In this document: positions 36,186 through 49,582 of the stretch, piece by piece | How the letters are laid out: each line of letters begins with the position of its first letter | How positions within the stretch are numbered: the first letter of the stretch is position 1 | Assembly: GCA_977017645.1 (NCBI GenBank) | Contig: OZ360235.1 | Location: 72,602,001 to 72,666,000 of the forward strand | Source of the DNA: Torpedo marmorata | Lineage: Eukaryota | Direction of reading: 5' to 3' | Length of the DNA stretch: 64,000 nt | Notes under the pieces: model-generated | Database searches by the model: none | Told to the model about the DNA's origin: nothing | The model's input: the letters and a program-made list of their open reading frames with translations, nothing else | Translations under genes and position numbers: made by a program

Positions 36186-39100
36186 CTCTCTCTGACTGTT
36201 TCAAGAAGCTTTCACAAGCAAGTACAGGCACAATGAGCCATAAGTTTCTTTGAATTACATTCCCTGCTTTGGCCTCCCTCCCAGGTTTTTCTTTTGTAAG
36301 ACACAGGCATGTGACCAGAAACATGAAGTGCAGTATTATTGAGGGTGGACGGGGAGGAAATGTGTCCAGCTTCCTGTCGGAGGGGAATGGGAAATGTTTG
36401 CCCTCTGAGAGGAAGGTGCGAACAGTTTGCTTTTATAAACACACTTCAGCTTTTATGCGCCTTTCTGATTGCCCCAGACAAAATAAAATGTGTTTCTCAT
36501 CAGTGGCTCTTGGCAATAGTTTGAATAGTCAATCTGCATCTACCAAAAGAAGAGTTGGGCATCACTGTTCTGTGGAACGATACTTGTATATCACCATTAA
36601 GCAGTGGAGGTTTTGTGAATTTTAAAAAAACCATCAAAATTGCTATCTTTACATGAAAGTTTTAGAATCATTTATGTTTGTTCTGATGGAAGGTCATAAA
36701 CCATAAACATATAACCACAGCCACAGATGCTGCCTGACAAGCTGTGTTTGTGCTTCAGAATTTTATTTTTTGCATTCACCTAGCAAGTCATCACCATCCC
36801 ATTGCATGTGACTCCTAATTGGTCTGCTCTCCCCTGTGGTTTTGGAAGCTGAACTGGAGAGTTCAGTTTGGTGTCCTGGCCAATATTTAACCCTCAACCA
36901 ACATCACGAGTCGGTGATTATCACAACATTGCCTGTTGTGCTCTTGCAGTGTGCAAATTGGGGGCAATGCACTTTGCACCACAATAGTGACTACATGTCG
37001 AGATGTAAATTAATTAGCTGGAAAGTATTTTGGGATTATGGTGGGATTGTAAAAGACACTATAAATTAAAATCTTTTTAAATGTATCAAGCCATGAATAA
37101 AAGAAAATGAGCTGGTAGTAGAAGCATCTTATAATAAACAGACACGTTACTTCATAAGCATATGTCCTGTCGACACTCTCACTTGTCATTCATGTCAAGT
37201 GATTCAAGTTTCGTTCACATTTCTCAGGCATCATTACTTGGGAGCAAGCAATTTAATCAAAAAAGCCTTTATAAACTAGGAAACCTTTTTGCCAAACTTT
37301 GAAATATGAAAAGAAAAGCTGAGACTTGAGTGTCAGTGCAATGAGGATTGTTCAGGCTTGTCTACACTTTTCAAAGGCAAAATCCTGAAAACCTTTCCAT
37401 TGGAATTCTTCCAGCTTGTTAAAATAAATCCATTGAAAGGCACTGTCTGTGGAAGCAGGATGCGTTGGAGTTCTGCTTCCATTGACTGGAGTTTTTAAAT
37501 GTTGAGTATTAAAAGAATTTCAAGTGCAGTAAGCAGAAAACTTGGTTTATAAAAGTTGGCATTTTGTAATATTAACTCCAATGTTTCGTGCCTATAGAAC
37601 TTATAAATATCTTTAAACCTTTCAAATTACATCCTTGTGCAACAGTTCATTTTCAACGTTTGAGAGCCTAAGCCTCCCAAGAATTTTTTTTTTTTTAATC
37701 GCAACAATCTTCTTTGCTGTGTTTAATCTTACTTTGTGCAATAAATTCAGTGCTTATGGTCAAGTTAGACTTATTTGTTGTTATGGCAACGACTTCGGTT
37801 TGCTAAGCTGTTACTGAAATTTAGTGACAGCCTTCAGCTCTCCCCCTCTTTTTGAGGGGTATTGGGATAAATCAATTGATTGCTGTGGATAACTGGAAAA
37901 TTATCTTTGTAGCATTTGGGAAAGGAAAATGAGAACAATGTAATAAAAGGTCAATTGGTTTTAGCTGGACAGTGGCTATAGGCCTTTTTTCATCCTTATT
38001 AGATAAACTTTGCAGTAAAAACACCAAGTCTTCAATTTCATTCTGATCCTGAGACATTTGCTTGTTCTATGAAGGATGGTGACAGAAGGCATGCAATTGC
38101 TAATTATTCTCTGTTTTGACAATACTCAGGCTATTTGCTATTGTAGTTAGGTTTCGAGATTGTCATTTTCAAAGATTAATGTAAAATGATTATTTACAAG
38201 ATATCAGAAGCAATTGTCTTATGTCAGTGACGTTAAATAATTCTCCTAAGCATCCCCTAATTAGGAGGTCTATAGGCTGGAAATCACAGCAGACAATTTT
38301 AGGTTTGTGATATTTTAATTATGCAAATAGAACTCCCATTAGTTCTTTTCAAGCTAGGTGACACATGCTGTAAGGACAAGTGAATTGTAAAGTGTAAAGC
38401 ACAGCTTATAATTCTGCTGCTAAAAGAACAGCTGTGCAAAAATTAATGTGTCCCTTAAATGCATAATATGTAATTACATTGCCTTCCCACATCAGTGAGA
38501 GCCTAATTGTTTCTAAATACTGCTCAGGTCAATAGATGTTGAACTAGTTTTCTTTCCATATACATTGTGTGACTCGTGAAGTAAGTTAGAACTTCTGATG
38601 GTAGGCAAACTTCCTCATGTAATGAAAATGATCAATTTGCCTTAACTCTTTTTTTTTAAAGTGTGACACAAGTTTCTGGATCTGACAGTAAATAATGATC
38701 GTTATTATTACAGGGACAAAAGAATCACACATGACTTTGATACTATTATGTAAGAAGCTATCTGCAGTAATAAATTACGGAATATTATTTTAACTTGATT
38801 TATCATAATCGAATAATGAAATTGTGTGTTGATTACAGAATATTAAGCATATTGATTTTACAGTATATGAAATTTGATTGTGCCATGTTGAGGATTATAT
38901 ATCTCGTGCTGAATTGTAAAATAAGTTGATTAAATCACCATGATATAGGGAGAATATTTCAAGTTTACTAGATGGGGTGAAGGTGGAATCTGGAATCAGT
39001 GGCACAGAGTGGTGGAGTTTGGAAGGGAAGACTGTGTTGACTTTTGAACATTATTGAGAAGGAGTGCCTTTCCTCTCAGAGTAAAAGGAGAAGATTCAGT

Positions 39101-39854
39101 ATACAAGAGTGATATGAATGGAGAGTGATCATGCTGTAATGATGGTCTTTCTTATTCATAGCACAGAAATGGCTTCCTCTTTCTCATCTGTTGTGCTGGC
39201 AGTTTGGCATCATTGACAGTTGGAAGGTTGGGATTGAGAGCATCATTAAAGTCTGGCTCCAGGTGGGTTGAGGAAGAAATAATTACATGTGCAATTACTG
39301 GGAGGGGTTCCTTGGATCTAGCCCTGTTATCAGTATGTGGTGGGATGTAAAGGGTAAAGAGTTGGAAACAGTTGGGGAAGACGCCGTGAATGCTTGAACA
39401 ATTGAGGACATTTTGAGGGGTTGAATATAACGTTGCTTGGGCATCTCATCCAATAAAACTTTTGAATTGATTGGGATGAAGGCAATGGAATTTGTCAACT
39501 TTCATGAATGTTTCCTATTTAATTGAAACTGAGCTAATGTAGCCATCAATTGAGAGACATATCTATCATGGCAATTGGGAATCTCATTTAGTTGGTACCC
39601 TCCACTTTAATTTCACATTGCAAGACTTCCCACTCCTTTGTGCCCCAGCAATATTTGTAGATGTTCACTCCAAAAATGCCTCAAAAGCCCACTCCATCAC
39701 CCTCTTGGACTATCATTGTTCCCCAGAATGAACCTGTTGCTGAAACGCAAACTGGCTCGGGTTACCGCCACAGCAGAATACTTGGGTGTGGACCACACCT
39801 GCGCCAAGTACAGCAACACTAACAGCACCTTGCACTGATGACCAGGTTCTTGCC

Positions 39855-42800
39855 AATCATCAACCAACTAGCCGGAGTGTTCACGGACATTTTCAACCTC
39901 TCATTGCGGCAGTCAGAGGTTCCCACCTGCTTCAAAAGGGCATCAATCACCCCGGTACCCAAGAAGAGTAGTGTGGGCTGCCTCAACGACTACTGCCCAG
40001 TAGCACTGACTTCTACTGTGATGAAATGCTTTGAGAGGCTGGTCATGGCCAGAATTAACACATACCTAAGCAAAGATCTGGACCCACTGCAATTCGCCTA
40101 TCGCCACAATCGCTCCACAGCAGATGCAATATCGCTGGCTCTCCACTCAGCTCTGGATCACCTCGAAAACAGCAATTCATACATACGGCTGGTCTTCATC
40201 GACTACAGCTCAGCCTTCAATACCATTATTCCCTCAGTGCTGGTCAAGAAGCTACAAACTCTAGGCCTCTGTACCCCACTCTGCAACTGGATCCTTGACT
40301 TTCTCATCGGAAGACCACAGTCAGTACGAATTGGAAACAACGTCTCCTCCTCACTGATTATCAACACAGGCGCACCCCAAGGATGCGTGCTTAGTCCACT
40401 GCTCTACTCGTTATACACCCATGACTGTGTGGCCAGGCACAATTCCAATGCCATCTACAAGTTTGCCGATGACACCACAGTTGTCGGCAGAATCACAAAC
40501 GGCAATGAGGAAGCGTACAGGAGGGAGATAGATCAGCTCGTTGAATGGTGTAATGGCAACAACCTTGAGCTCAACGTCAGCAAAACCAAGGAGATGATTG
40601 TGGACTTCAGGAGGAAGTCAGGGGAACACGATCCAGTCCTCATCGAGGGCTCAGTCATGGAGAGGGTCAAGAACGTCAAATTCCTGGGTGTCAACATCTC
40701 CGAGGATCTCTCCTGGAGCATCTACGTTGATGCAATCACAAAGAAGGCTCGTCAGCGGCTATACTTTGTGAGGTGTCTGCGGAGATTCGGTATGTCACCA
40801 AAGACTCTCGTAAACTTCTACAGGTGTACCGTGGAGAGCATTCTGGCTGGTTGCATCACTGCCTGGTATGGAGGCGCCAACTCCCAGGACAAGTGTAAAC
40901 TCCAGTGGGTTGTTAACTCGGCCTGTGACATCACAGGCACCAAACTTCACTCCATCGAGGACATCTACATGAGGCGGTGTCTTAAAAAAGCAGCCTCTAT
41001 CCTCAAAGACCCCCACCACCCAAGCCATGCCCTCTTCACTCTGCTTCCATCGGGAAAAAGGTACAGGAGCCTAAAGATGAGCACTCAGAGCTGGTAGATT
41101 TGATCGAAAGAGATTTGATAAAATTTGGCAACGATGGATAGTAAAAAAATAAATGTAGTAAGTTTTAATATAAATGGGCTCAACAATCCTATTAAAAGAA
41201 AGAGAACTTTAGCGTATATTAAAAAGTTGAATGTAGATATAGCTTTTCTACAAGAGACGCATTTGGTAGATTCGGAACACCAAAAATTAAAAAGAGAATG
41301 GGTTGGTCAAGTGGTGGCTTCTTCATTTAATTCTAAAGCAAGAGGGGTAGGTATATTAATTAATAAAAAGTTACCTTTAAATATACAATCGATAGTTATA
41401 GATGTGGCAGGTAGATATGTTATTGTTCATTGTCAGATATATTCAGAATTTTGGACACTTATGAATCTGTATGTTCCAAATGTAGATGATGAACAGTTTA
41501 TTCAAGATTCTTTTTTACACTTGTCAGAAGCTAATGAGAATATTTTAGTTGGTGGAGATTTCAACTGTTGTTTAGATCCAATAATGGATAAAACTTCAAG
41601 ATCACTTGTTAAAACTAAAATTGCTAAAAAAGTTCTTACTTTGATGAAAGATTTAAATTTAATAGATATTTGGAGGAAACTGAATCCTAGAGAAAAAGAT
41701 TATTTGTTTTATTCTTTTAGACATGATTCATATTCTAGAATAGATTTAATTTTGTTATCTTCACAGGTTCAAGATAGAATAACGCAAGCAATTTGTAAAG
41801 CGAGAATAATTTCTGATCATTCACCTTTACTAATATCTTGTATAATTCCGGAAAAAGAAAAAACTGTACATAGCTGGAGATTTAATTCTTCTTTATTAAA
41901 AAGAAAAGATTTTTGTGATTATATGAGAAGGGAAATTCAGGAATTTTTACAAATAAATTCCAATTCTACTAATAATAAATTTATTATATGGGAAGCCTTA
42001 AAAGCTTATTTAAGAGGTCAGATAAGAAGTTATTCAGCAAAAATTAAGAAGGATTATCTTAGAGAGGTTAATAATTTAGAGAAGGAAATTGAGTGTTTGG
42101 AAAAAGACTTACAATAAAATAGATCAATTCAAAAAAGGAATAATTTAGTTGGGAAAAAATTACATTATAATTTATTACAAACATATAAAATGGAAAAATT
42201 AATTGAAAGAACTAAACAAAGGTATTATGAATTAGGGGAAAGAGCACATAAAGTCTTGGCGTGGCAATTAAAAAAAATCAAACTTCTAGAACTATAAATG
42301 CTATTAAGAAAAAGAATTCTAGGGAAATATAAACCTTGAGAAATAAATGATTCTTTTAAGGATTATTATTTAAATTTATATAAATCTCAGATTGATCAAG
42401 ATGATTCTAAAATTAATAGATTTTTATCTTAGATTATATTACCTAAATTAAATATTCAAAGTAGAGAAGCTTTAGATTTACCTTTCTCAATGAGGGAAGT
42501 TAATGAAGTTCTTACTTCTTTAACGAGTGGTAAATCTCCAGGTGATGATGGATTTCCAGCAGAATTTTATAAAGGGTTTAAAGACTTATTGATACCTCCG
42601 TATATGGATGTATTAAATCAAATTACGGAAACCCATTCACTACCGGATACATTTTTAAATGCAATAATTACAGTTATACCAAAAAAAGATAGAGATGTAT
42701 TGAAAACTGAATCATATAGACCTATCTCATTGTTAAATGTAGATTACAAGATAATGGCAAAAATTTTAGCAAATAGGATGGCTAATTATTTACCAGATTT

Positions 42801-45405
42801 AATTCATGTAGACCAAGCTGGTTTTATTAAGAATAGATATTCAAAAGATAATATAGCTAGATTAATTAGCTTAATTAATTTACAAAAAAAGAAAGAAGAT
42901 TTACCATTAGTATTAACGTTAGATGCCGAAAAGGCTTTTGATAGACTAGAGTGGAATTTTTAATTTAAGGTGTTGGAGAAATTTGGTTTTGGAATTACGT
43001 TTATTAATTGGATTAAAACTATATATAAAGAACCATCTGCTAAAGTGGTTACAAATGGACAGATTTCTTCAAGATTTCCTTTGACTTGATCTACTAGACA
43101 AGGATGTCCTTTGTCACCAGCATTATTTATTTTGGCGATAGAACCTTTGGCAGAATTAGTTAGAAAAGATCCTAAAATAGTTGGTATTAAAGTTGGAACG
43201 GAAGAACATAAAATTAGTTTATTTGCAGATGATGTATTGATATATATGACAAAATCTATTACATCTTTAGTACAACTGTCTGCGTTATTGAGAGAATATG
43301 GGGAAATATCTGGATATAAAATTAATTCTGATAAAAGTGAAATTATGGCATTATCACAAGGGGATTATAGTAAATGTAAAGAAATTACACAATTTAAATG
43401 GGCAAAGGAAGGAATTAAATATTTGGGAATAAGGATTGACACAAAATTGGCTAATTTATATAAATTAAATTATTTACCATTATTTGTGAAAATAAAAAAG
43501 GATTTAGAAAATTGGAAAGATTTACCTATAACTTTAATGGAAGAGTAAATTGTATTAAAATGAATGTTTTTCTAAGAATTCAATATCTTTTTCAATCAAT
43601 TCCTTATGAAATTCCTCAAAAATTTTTCAAAGATTTAAATTCAATTATTAGAAACTTTTTATGGAAAGGAAAGTTAGCAAGAGTAGGTATGGAAAAATTA
43701 AGTTGGAATTATGAAATGGGTGGTTTACAACTTCCTAATTTCCAAAATTATTATAAAGCAGCTCAATTAAAATTTGTGAATGAATTTTTTGATTCAACTA
43801 AATCTTCTGCTGGATTAAAATAGAACAAAATAATATAGGAGAAGATTCCAAAGAAGAAGTTATTTATAAATGGGATTCTAAATTAATATCAACAAGAAAG
43901 AAAATTTCTCCTATTCTTAAACATTTGTTAGAAATATGGAATAAGACGGATAAGGACATAGGAGGAAAAGGATTGATTTCTTTAAGGATACCTTTATATC
44001 AAAATGGACTTATTCCATTTACTATTAATAATCAATTATTTAGAATTTGGTTTCAAAAAGGAATTAAGAAAATAAATGATTGTTTTGAAGCTGGGAAATT
44101 TATTACTTTTCAAAGAATGAAAGATAAATTTAATATATTAGATAATACACTTTTTGCTTATTATCAAATTAGAGCTTTTTTGATTGAGAAATTAGGTTAT
44201 GCTTTGACTTTACCAAGACAGAATGAATTAGAATTATTAGTTACTAAAGGAGATGTAAACAAATTTATTTCTCAAATGTATAAATTGTTTCAGAGGAAAA
44301 TTCCTAAAGTAGGAATTCATAAATCAAGATTAAAATGGGAATTAGATTTGAACGTAACAATAGATGAAAATCATTGGAAAGAATTATGTAAATTAAGTAT
44401 GACGAAGATTATTAATGTTAGATATAGATTAGTACAATACAATTTTTTTCATCAATTATATTTAACACCTAAAAAATTAAAGAAATTTAACCCGACATTA
44501 TCAGGTTTATGTTTCAGATGTAATAAAGAGGAAGGTTCTTTTGTACATTCTACATGGTTTTGTCCAAAAGTCTACGATTTTTGGTTGAAAGTTAAAATTT
44601 TTTTAGATAAAGTATTTAAGATTATATTCCCAATCCTATGATATTTTTGTTTGGAGATATTAAAAAATTTAGTATTAAGATGAAATTAAATATGTATCAA
44701 ATAGAATTTTTGCGAATTGCTTTAGCTGTTTCAAAGAAATGCATTGCTATTACTTGGAAATCTGATGTTGATTTAGGTTTAGAAAGATGGCATGCAGAAC
44801 TTCGTTCATGTATACCACTTGAAAAAATTACTTATAACTTACGGAATAAATATCATTTCTTTTTAAAAATATGGAGCCCTTATATGAAAGCTGTTGGATT
44901 AAGGATTTGAAGATCTCTGGACATTGGATCTACTGGCTACCTAACCTCCATAATAGAATTAGTTTATAGATGTATTTATTAGATTGACATTCTCCTTACT
45001 TTATCTTTTTCTTCTCTATTTCTTTCTTTTTTTAAAATATTTTATTAGATTAGTGGGGTTGGGAGGGTTGGGGAGGGGAGGGTGGGAGGGGGGGTGAAAA
45101 TGTATCACAAGTATTTTTGATAATTTTATATTTTATTCTATGTATTTTGTGATTTAAAATTTAAAATAAAATATTTAAAAAAAGATGAGCACTCAACGGC
45201 ACAAGGACAGCTTCTTCCCCGCTGCCATCAGATTCCTGAATAATCAATGAACCAAAGACTTTTCGTGCACTATTGTTTATAATTTTTTATAGTAATGTCG
45301 TTAGATAGTTAATATGAATGTTAATTGCACTATGATGCTGCCGCAAAACATCGAATTTCATGACTTGTTCATGACAATAAATTCTGATTCTGATTCTGAT
45401 TCTGA
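39855..45405 (+). mobile_element. Young Rex1/Babar-type LINE (RT segment 39855-41087, 3' end 45196-45405) interrupted by L1
   Basis: Uninterrupted ~410-aa RT segment ([39 protein letters not shown]). Resumes after the L1 with RHKDSFFPAAIRFLN and a (TTCTGA)n tail. Confidence 0.93.
41088..45180 (+). mobile_element. L1 LINE, 5'-truncated just upstream of ORF2, decayed
   Basis: 15-bp TSD AAAGATGAGCACTCA (41073-87, 45181-95). APE endonuclease (SFNINGL, LQETH, GGDFN, SRID, SDHSP) and RT (PGDDGF, LDAEKAFDR, RQGCPLSP, LFADD), zinc knuckle, G-rich UTR. Confidence 0.95.
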
Positions 45406-45409
45406 AGTG

Positions 45410-46090
45410 TAATGAACGTTCACAGATGATTCCTGGGATGGGGGATTTGATCCATAAAGAGAAATTGTGGATTAAGACAATTCTCTCTAAAATTTAGGCA
45501 ATCTCAAAGAAACAGAATTCTTGCAATACTTGACAGGGGTAGATGCAGACATGATATTTCCCTAGGTAGAGATATCTAGAAACGCGGGTCAGCCAAAAAT
45601 ACTGGCTGTTTATTCAGGACTGAGAGGAAAGGTTTATTCATCTAGAGCAGCCATTCTCAACCTTCTTTTGGCCATGGCCCCCTTAGGACTCTGCTCAAAG
45701 TTTATGAGTCTCCTTCCCTATGAAGCAGTCAAGTTTAGTTGTTTTCTTCTGTACTTCTCTCCTACTGATTACATAAAAAACATAAAAAATATTTTATGAT
45801 TTTAGAACGTGGCCCTGGGTGGGGGAGGAGGGGGTGCGTATGGGCCCCATTGAGAATGGCTAATCTAGAGAGTAGTGAATCTTTGGAATTATTTCACTGG
45901 GAGTCTCAGCTGCTGGGTATCTTCAAGACAGAGAACAATAGATTCTTAGATATGATAGAATTAATGGATGTGGGTTTAGTGCAGAAAAGTGGTCATGCGC
46001 TAAAAGAACAGCCATGATTTTATTGAATGGTGATGCAAATGCACGAGGCCAAATAGCTGACTTCTACTTCTAATTTATATATTCTTCTGT
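45410..46090 (+). mobile_element. Old CR1 fragment
   Basis: Degenerate CR1 3' motifs (TTCACAGATGATTCCTGGGATG, ATCTTCAAGACAGAGA..ATAGATTCTT, ATTGAATGGTG). Confidence 0.6.
45648..45862. mobile_element. hAT (Charlie-like) MITE, 215 bp
   Basis: 8-bp TSD ATCTAGAG (45640-47, 45863-70). TIR CAGCCATTCTCAA / TTGAGAATGGCTA. Confidence 0.85.
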
Positions 46091-47129
46091 GCTAGTCCTT
46101 TTTATTTATACTGCTATTCATGATCTGGCAAACACTACTTCCATTTCTTATGCTGATGCTGCCTAATATTGTGCTTTTCTCAGTACTGTACCCTGTTATA
46201 CCCCCAGCATTTAACTGGCATCTTACCTAGACTAGCTGCTAAATAGTTCTCTCTTCTCTCACCCTCCTTTCTTGACACTATATTTGTTTGTACATACATA
46301 AATCATCAAAAATAAGATTTGCATTTATCTTTCTTGACCTTGGAGTGCTCCAAATGAACTTTCAATTAAATGTTATATTGCAGGAACTTCCCTCTGAACT
46401 GAAATGTCAGCCCAGATTTTCAGCTTAACAAATTGGAATGGATCCAAAGAACATGATTCATAAACCTGCATAGCTAAGTTTGACAAATCTGAGGCATTAT
46501 TTAAAAAGACCTGAACAATTACATGGAATTGAACTATCCTTGAATATAAGACATGTCAATTATTGTTTTTTTTTTAATTTGGTGATCATCTTTTAACATT
46601 TTGCAATACACAGCTGAAGCTGGTGGAAGTTGATATATTAACAAGAGCCCATTCTCTTATAGATTAGAGTAAGAAAAACAATATAGGATGCATGTGTTCT
46701 CCTTGAACCATTGCAGCACTGTGGGATTCAGGTCTAATCTCCTTTTAGAAACAAACAAGAAGATTGTATTACTGTTATTTATAATAGCTGTTAATCCGCC
46801 AAATAGACCAACATAAGGAACCCCTTGTTTCCACATGAAGTTTGCAATTGGTAAGAACATGGACATTGCCAACTGCACGATTCAATTGAAATGATACTCA
46901 ATGTTGCAGAGTGTTTGACATGCACTGCTTTGCCGACTGCTGGAGCTGCCCAGCCCGTGACAGGGAAGTGATGTAAAATAATTCTCAATGATGTTTTTAA
47001 ATGTTTTGAAGACTCTTGTCGACATCTAATTTTCTGTATATTGTGCAAATTCTGCTTCTGCCTCTTATCCAGAAATGTAAATGTCCTGTCCAATTATTGA
47101 TGGAGAAATTGGTGCTTCCTTTTGAAGTA

Positions 47130-47722
47130 ATATATTTATATTGTATTTAAATATGTTATTCACCTAGCCCTTTCGTTGCTATTTTTGGAGTGAGTGGACC
47201 AATGGATTTAATACTGACTGTTTCACAATCCCATGTAGTGGCTTTTGCTTCCCTAATTGCCAGAAGGACTATTTTGCTGAGATGGAAAGATGCTGTCCCT
47301 CCCACATACTCAGTGGCTGTCGGATGTGATGCATGTCTTTCTCTAGAAAAAATTAGGTGTTCTATTACTGCAATGGATCTTAACTTTCTTTCTCTTTGGG
47401 GTCCCTTTCTTAATTACTTTCAAAACGTGTACATTAATTATCTTTGGTCTTTTTTTTATGACCCCATTATTAGTAGTAGTGGGCTCTTTAACTTGGCCAG
47501 CAACCCTCATAGGTTGGGTTTTGATTCTTAGATTAGTAATATCTGGGTTTTTTTTTCTCTTTTTCTTTTTTCCATTTAATAGCATGGGTTCATATTTATC
47601 TTTATTCACTGTTATTTGATATTTGTAACTTGATATTAATTTACTTTATCATTATTACCATATGTACCTATATACCGGTATTTTGCATATGTTAAAACCA
47701 ATAAAAAGATTGAAAAAGGAAG
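47130..47722 (+). mobile_element. Older L1 family, 3' end
   Basis: LIARRTILLRWKD..PPT, LEKIR, LWGPFLNYF ORF2 C-terminus. AATAAAAAGATTGAAAAAG tail. Confidence 0.75.
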
Positions 47723-47832
47723 AAATATGTTATTCAGAAACATACATCGCTTTCTTCACAAACTATAAAAGAGAAATGAAAGAATTCTTTGTTTCTGTCC
47801 TAATTCACACATACAGTACATATATTCACATA

Positions 47833-49033
47833 CCGTATTTGACGGCATATAAGACCCCCCTTTTGGTGCTGCCAGTTTGGGCACCGAGTGGAGTCCAGGA
47901 AGCGGGACCACAGCTTTGCGGACCACATTCCCTTGGGAGGCCCGTGCTTTCCGGACTCGCCGCCGCTCACTTCCCCGGTAAGAAGGCTTGCTCTATCCCT
48001 CCCGTTCGCTCTCCCCACCCACCCGCTCGCACTCGCCCGCTCTCTCCCCACCCGTTCGCTCTGCCCGCCCGCCCACTCACTCTCACCCGCCCGCTCGCTC
48101 TCGCCTGCTCTCTCCCCGCCCGTTCGCTCTCCCCGCCCACTTGCTCTCCCCGCCCGCTGGCTCGCACTCGCCCGCTCTCTCCTCGCTTGCCGCCGGCTCG
48201 CACTCGTCCGCTCTCTCCTCGCTCGCCGCCCGCTCACTCTCGCCCGCTCTCTCCCTGCCCGTTCGCTCTCCCCGCCCGCTCGCTCTCCCCGCCCGCCGGC
48301 TCGCACTCGCCCGCTCTCTCCTCGCTCGCCGCCGGCTCACACTCGCCTGCTCTCTCCCCGCCCGCTCGCTCTCGCCCGTTCGCTCTCCCCGCCCGTTCGC
48401 TCTGCTCACACTCGCCCGCTCTCTCCTCGCTCGCCGCCCGCTTGCTCTCGCCCGCTCTCTCCCCACTCGCTCTCGCCCGCTCTCCCCGCCTGTTCGCTCT
48501 TACCAACAGTGCTTTGAGGGGAGCGCTGGGCCTTGATGATCAGCCTTTGTTCGACGAACACGAACCATCGAGCAAATTGAATGAGGCGCGGAGGCGGGTG
48601 GCAGTGAGCGAGCGGCCTGTCAAGCTCAACTCAACAGGCCGCCTGTTCGCTCACTGCCACCCGCGCCTCATTCAATCTGTTCAGGGGGCCGTGCGCGTTG
48701 AACAAAGGCTCAACGTGGAGCCTGATCACCGAGGCCCAGCGCTCCCCTCAAAGCAAGCGATCGATTGTCTGCTCCCCGCGACGGTGGGCCTGGACCCTGC
48801 CCGTTGTCCTGGCTTCTCTCCCTCCCACCCTCGTGCGCCCGCAGTTCCTGTCACACCTGTCAATCAACTAGCGTTTGGACGGTTGGGGGGGGGGGTGGGA
48901 GGGAAGCAGCCTGAGCCTCGGCGTGCAGCGGGCAGGAGGACGTGTTGCTGCTGTGAAGGTAAATACACTAAAACAATTTTTTCCTGAAATCTCATGCTAA
49001 AAATGGGGGGGTCCTATATGCCGTCAAATACGG
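47833..49033. mobile_element. pogo-type non-autonomous element with internal GC-rich minisatellite and hairpin
   Basis: TA TSD. TIR CCGTATTTGACGGCATATA(A/G)GACCCCCC at both ends, related to the TIR of 20974-22862. Confidence 0.88.
47985..48500. repeat. Pyrimidine/CpG-rich variant minisatellite
   Basis: Tandem CTCGCACTCGCCCGCTCTCTCC / CCCGTTCGCTCTCCCCGC units. Confidence 0.9.
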
Positions 49034-49582
49034 TACTTGCACATCAATGCTAATGCAAGCTTTCACGTGCATTCATACTAAACATGAACAAACATACAGG
49101 TATTCCTCAATCTATGAATCTTTGCTATAACACCTTTGACAATTTGAGATACAATTTGTGGATTGATTAACATGAACTTTGTAGATGACTGCTGGAGCCA
49201 TAATTGTAAAATAACATGGCAATAATTCTCGATGATGTTCTAAAATGTTTTGAAGTCTCTTGCCAACATATAATTTTCTATGCAAATTATGTCTTACTCA
49301 GAGATGTAAATGTCCTTGATCTATGAATCTAATTTTTTTACAATGAAAAATGCTCGACACCCTGCCCACAGAAATATTCAATCCCAAAATGCTCATAATG
49401 CATTTGTCCAGTCTTTATGATGTATGAAAGTTCACTTACCAAATTATTTTCCAGGAACGCGTAGAGTTTCCTCCCAGGCACATGCACAGCATTTCATTTT
49501 AATACAGTTCTGATGAGATTTATGGAGACATATTTCTGAACGTGTTTTGTGTTTGCAATAATCAAAGTAGAGTTGACGTCCC

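Noticed and set aside
39838-42117. Apparent RT-then-endonuclease gene order suggesting a novel retroelement
   Set aside because: The 15-bp TSD shows these are two elements: an L1 inserted in a Rex1.
47662-48987. 441-aa Pro/Ala/Arg/Ser-rich ORF and overlapping ORFs
   Set aside because: They are produced by a stop-poor GC minisatellite inside a TIR element and have no protein-like motifs.
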